In this document: piece by piece, positions 61,738 through 64,000 of the stretch
Layout of the letters: the number at the start of each line of letters is the position of its first letter
Numbering within the stretch: position 1 is the first letter of the stretch
NCBI GenBank assembly: GCA_947084965.1
Contig: CAMTUG010000003.1
Coordinates: forward strand, 64,360 to 128,359
Length of the DNA: 64,000 bases
From: an uncultured Parcubacteria group bacterium
Lineage (GTDB): Bacteria; Patescibacteriota; Patescibacteriia; UBA9934; CAMTUG01
Direction of reading: 5' to 3'
The notes under the pieces: generated by a model
The model's database searches: none
What the model was told of the DNA's origin: nothing
Seen by the model: only the letters and a program-made list of their open reading frames with translations
Position numbers and translations under genes: made by a program

Positions 61738-62496
61738 ATGGACCTACGAAAAGGACTTCAACAAACAGGGCTCACAGACAAGCAAACGGATGTGTATTTG
61801 GCCTGTCTTCAGCTCGGGGTGGCTACGGTTTTTGAGATCGCAAAATACGCGGCACAAAAGCGGCCGACGACGTATTTGATTTTAGATCAACTCGAAGAAA
61901 TGGGATTGGTCAGTCGAGTTCGAAAAGAGACTAAGGTTTTTTATAAAGCCGAAGAGCCAGAGCTGTTGCTTACTCAGATCCAATCAAAAGAAAAGTTGGT
62001 ACAGGATTTACTTCCCTCACTGAAAGCGATCTACAACGTTGATCCGGAAAAGCCGGTTATCAAAATTCACGAAGGTATTTCTGGGGTCCGTAATGTATAC
62101 ACGGAGATCTTTACTTACTTAGCGAATCATCCAGAAGAGGAGCTCCTCATTTTTGGATCACTGAAAGATGCTCTAGAGCACTTCGAGACAGAAGTCGTTG
62201 ATTACTTTTATACATCGATCGGTCGAGCGAAGACGCGTGTGCGCGAGATCGGTAATGATGATCATGAAACGCGAAAGTACTATCGGGCGTCTGCACGATT
62301 GAACGAGAATCATCAGATTCGCCTCATTCGTCACGAAGGGGAGTTCGTCCAAACGGATAACTTGTTGTACGGCAATCGTCTGGCGACCTTTTCTGTTAAA
62401 GAACATCTGTTTGTCACAACAACAGAATCAGCTACGATTACCGAAACGTATCGCACCTTATTTAACATGGCGTGGAAAAGTGGAAAGCCAATTTAA
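61738..62496 (+). CDS. TrmB-family HTH transcriptional regulator (paralog of 58508)
   Basis: GLTDKQTDVYLACLQLG, KRPTTYLILDQL and IKIHEG. Confidence 0.88.
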   Translation: MDLRKGLQQTGLTDKQTDVYLACLQLGVATVFEIAKYAAQKRPTTYLILDQLEEMGLVSRVRKETKVFYKAEEPELLLTQIQSKEKLVQDLLPSLKAIYNVDPEKPVIKIHEGISGVRNVYTEIFTYLANHPEEELLIFGSLKDALEHFETEVVDYFYTSIGRAKTRVREIGNDDHETRKYYRASARLNENHQIRLIRHEGEFVQTDNLLYGNRLATFSVKEHLFVTTTESATITETYRTLFNMAWKSGKPI

Positions 62497-62534
62497 ACGC
62501 AGCGCCGCCCCGGGAGTGTCCCAGGGCGGGCGTG
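62495..62534 (-). repeat. 40-bp ACACT-loop hairpin, identical to 60713-60752
   Basis: Exact 40-bp match. Confidence 0.95.
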
Positions 62535-62541
62535 AGCGCAC

Positions 62542-63123
62542 CTAGCGGCCGGAGCCGTCCGTGTGCGGGAAGCGGTAGTTGTAGCGGTGATTGCTGGCGC
62601 GTTCGAGCGCCAGGCGGAAGTAGTTGGCGCCGCGGCGCGAGCTGCGGCGGATCTGGCGCTGGATGCGCCGGGTGGCGGAGACGTCGAGCTTGAACGGGAG
62701 GGTGAACTCCCGGGTGCTCGAGTTCCAGAGGAGGTCGATCATGGCGAGCACGAGCGATTCCTTGCTGTCGCGCCGACGGCTGTAGCGTGCGAGGAGGATG
62801 TACATCTCCTCCGTGTCGTACGGCGTGCCGTGGGCCGGCATCATGTACGACTTGAAGGCGACGAAGGCGAATCCCCGCCGGCGCAGGCGCCGCGTGATCA
62901 CCACCTGGTCGCACTTCGAGCCAGCTCCCTCGGTGAACTCGTCGATGTTGATCGACAGCGCCGTGATCGGCTGGCCGCTCGCGACCGCCTCCTGTTCCTT
63001 CATGCGGAGAAGGCGGTTGAGGAAGCGGCTGACCGCCCCCGTGGCCTCGGGGTTCTTGACTGGGATCTTCGACTTGGGCACGGTCCTCCTTCCGTCGGGC
63101 ATCGACGGCGCCTCAGAATTCAT
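62542..63123 (-). CDS. Basic hypothetical protein (GC-rich orphan)
   Basis: 193 aa, Arg-rich, with strong C/G third-position bias. Confidence 0.7.
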   Translation of the reverse strand: MNSEAPSMPDGRRTVPKSKIPVKNPEATGAVSRFLNRLLRMKEQEAVASGQPITALSINIDEFTEGAGSKCDQVVITRRLRRRGFAFVAFKSYMMPAHGTPYDTEEMYILLARYSRRRDSKESLVLAMIDLLWNSSTREFTLPFKLDVSATRRIQRQIRRSSRRGANYFRLALERASNHRYNYRFPHTDGSGR

Positions 63124-63191
63124 CGGACGATGAATGCTCAGGTGCCGGGCGCGAGGGAGTGTCCCTCGCGCACGTTCACGTAGTCGGGGAC

Positions 63192-64000
63192 CTAGTAGTC
63201 GAAGCCCTTGAGCATCTCGGCGATGCGGTGGGCGAAGGCCCGGCCCGACTCGGTCGTCGGGTAGCGCGGGTCGGTCGAGACGAGGTCGCCGAGGGTGTCG
63301 AGGATCCGGGTGCGGTACGGCCTGGTGCGATCGGCGTAGGCCTCGAGCATCCGCATGCTGACCGTGATGATCGTCTGGTCGAAGCCGATCGTCACGTCGC
63401 TCTTCTCACCGTCGGGGCGCATCGCTTCCTTGATGATCGGCCCACCGATCTTCGAGTTCATCGCCGACAGCACGTCGGAGACGGTCACGAGCGAGAGCAC
63501 CGCCTGGTCGAAGTCGGTCTTCGGCATCGGCAGGCGCCCCCACTTCAGGTAGTAGGCGATCTGCTGCGGCCAGCGCGTCCACTTGTTGCCGAGCTCGCGC
63601 GAGATCACGCTCCTGCCGATCGACTCCGCCTTGCGCTGGAAGTGCTCGGCCGTGTCGGCGAAGGTCGTGAAGGAGCCGGCGACGTCCGAGCTGGCGATCG
63701 CCTCGAAGAGGCGCTTCCAGAGACCGAAGCCGAAGTGGCTGCCGACGATCGGGCCTTCGAGGTCCACGTACCAGACGTAGACCTTGCCGGTGTTGCCGGA
63801 GAGGAGCTCGCGCAGGCGATCGATCACCGCCGTCAGGTTCTCGTCGGTCGGGAAGCGCTGGAAGGTGAACCAGGCGCCGTTGACCTTGTCGAGCCCGGAG
63901 AGCGGCACGAGGACGTTGCCGTTGAAGGCGATCGCCTCGCGCTTCATGAGGGCGTGTTCGTTGTCCGAGTCGCCCACGTCGCACTCGGAGTAGAGCACGG
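63192..64000 (-). CDS. Partial hypothetical protein, possibly GH57/deacetylase-like fold (5' end beyond the window)
   Basis: Open to the window edge. YVDLEGP..GSH and VSD weakly recall GH57 motifs. Followed by the hairpin GCGCGAGGG-ACACT-CCCTCGCGC at 63146-63174. Confidence 0.6.
   Translation of the reverse strand, partial: VLYSECDVGDSDNEHALMKREAIAFNGNVLVPLSGLDKVNGAWFTFQRFPTDENLTAVIDRLRELLSGNTGKVYVWYVDLEGPIVGSHFGFGLWKRLFEAIASSDVAGSFTTFADTAEHFQRKAESIGRSVISRELGNKWTRWPQQIAYYLKWGRLPMPKTDFDQAVLSLVTVSDVLSAMNSKIGGPIIKEAMRPDGEKSDVTIGFDQTIITVSMRMLEAYADRTRPYRTRILDTLGDLVSTDPRYPTTESGRAFAHRIAEMLKGFDY

Noticed and set aside
60713-63174. CRISPR array or classical integron
   Set aside because: The repeats are separated by kb-scale genes and no cas genes are present. 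The hairpins lack clear RYYYAAC/GTTRRRY attC ends, and the recombinase at 26964 lacks the IntI-specific insertion.

Overview
This is a 64 kb chromosomal window from a small-genome CPR (Patescibacteria, Parcubacteria/ABY1-like) bacterium using the standard genetic code; the taxonomy is inferred from gene content and style, not from a search. The left end is a minus-strand cell-surface operon (WxL-like, DUF916-like and FN3 proteins, plus a >2,240-aa protein that the ORF track missed because it runs off the window), followed by two perfect parS sites. The backbone is housekeeping: rmuC, rpsT, holA, polA, a XerC/D-like recombinase, rpsO-NYN-pnp, dksA-like, lspA, comM, rnhB, hppA, tig, nfo, rpoBC, yebC, ruvC and six tRNAs. 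About a dozen GC-rich orphan genes are scattered through it. Most have their own sigma70-like promoter and a Shine-Dalgarno site, whereas many host genes look near-leaderless, and most end in a related bulged hairpin with an ACT-containing loop; two of these hairpins are identical over 40 bp. Three gene-free intervals look like long structured non-coding RNAs (about 230, 570 and 680 nt), and the two longer ones share a ~110-125 bp repeated structured element. No CRISPR array, reverse transcriptase, transposase or rRNA was seen. All calls were made by eye, without folding programs or database searches.
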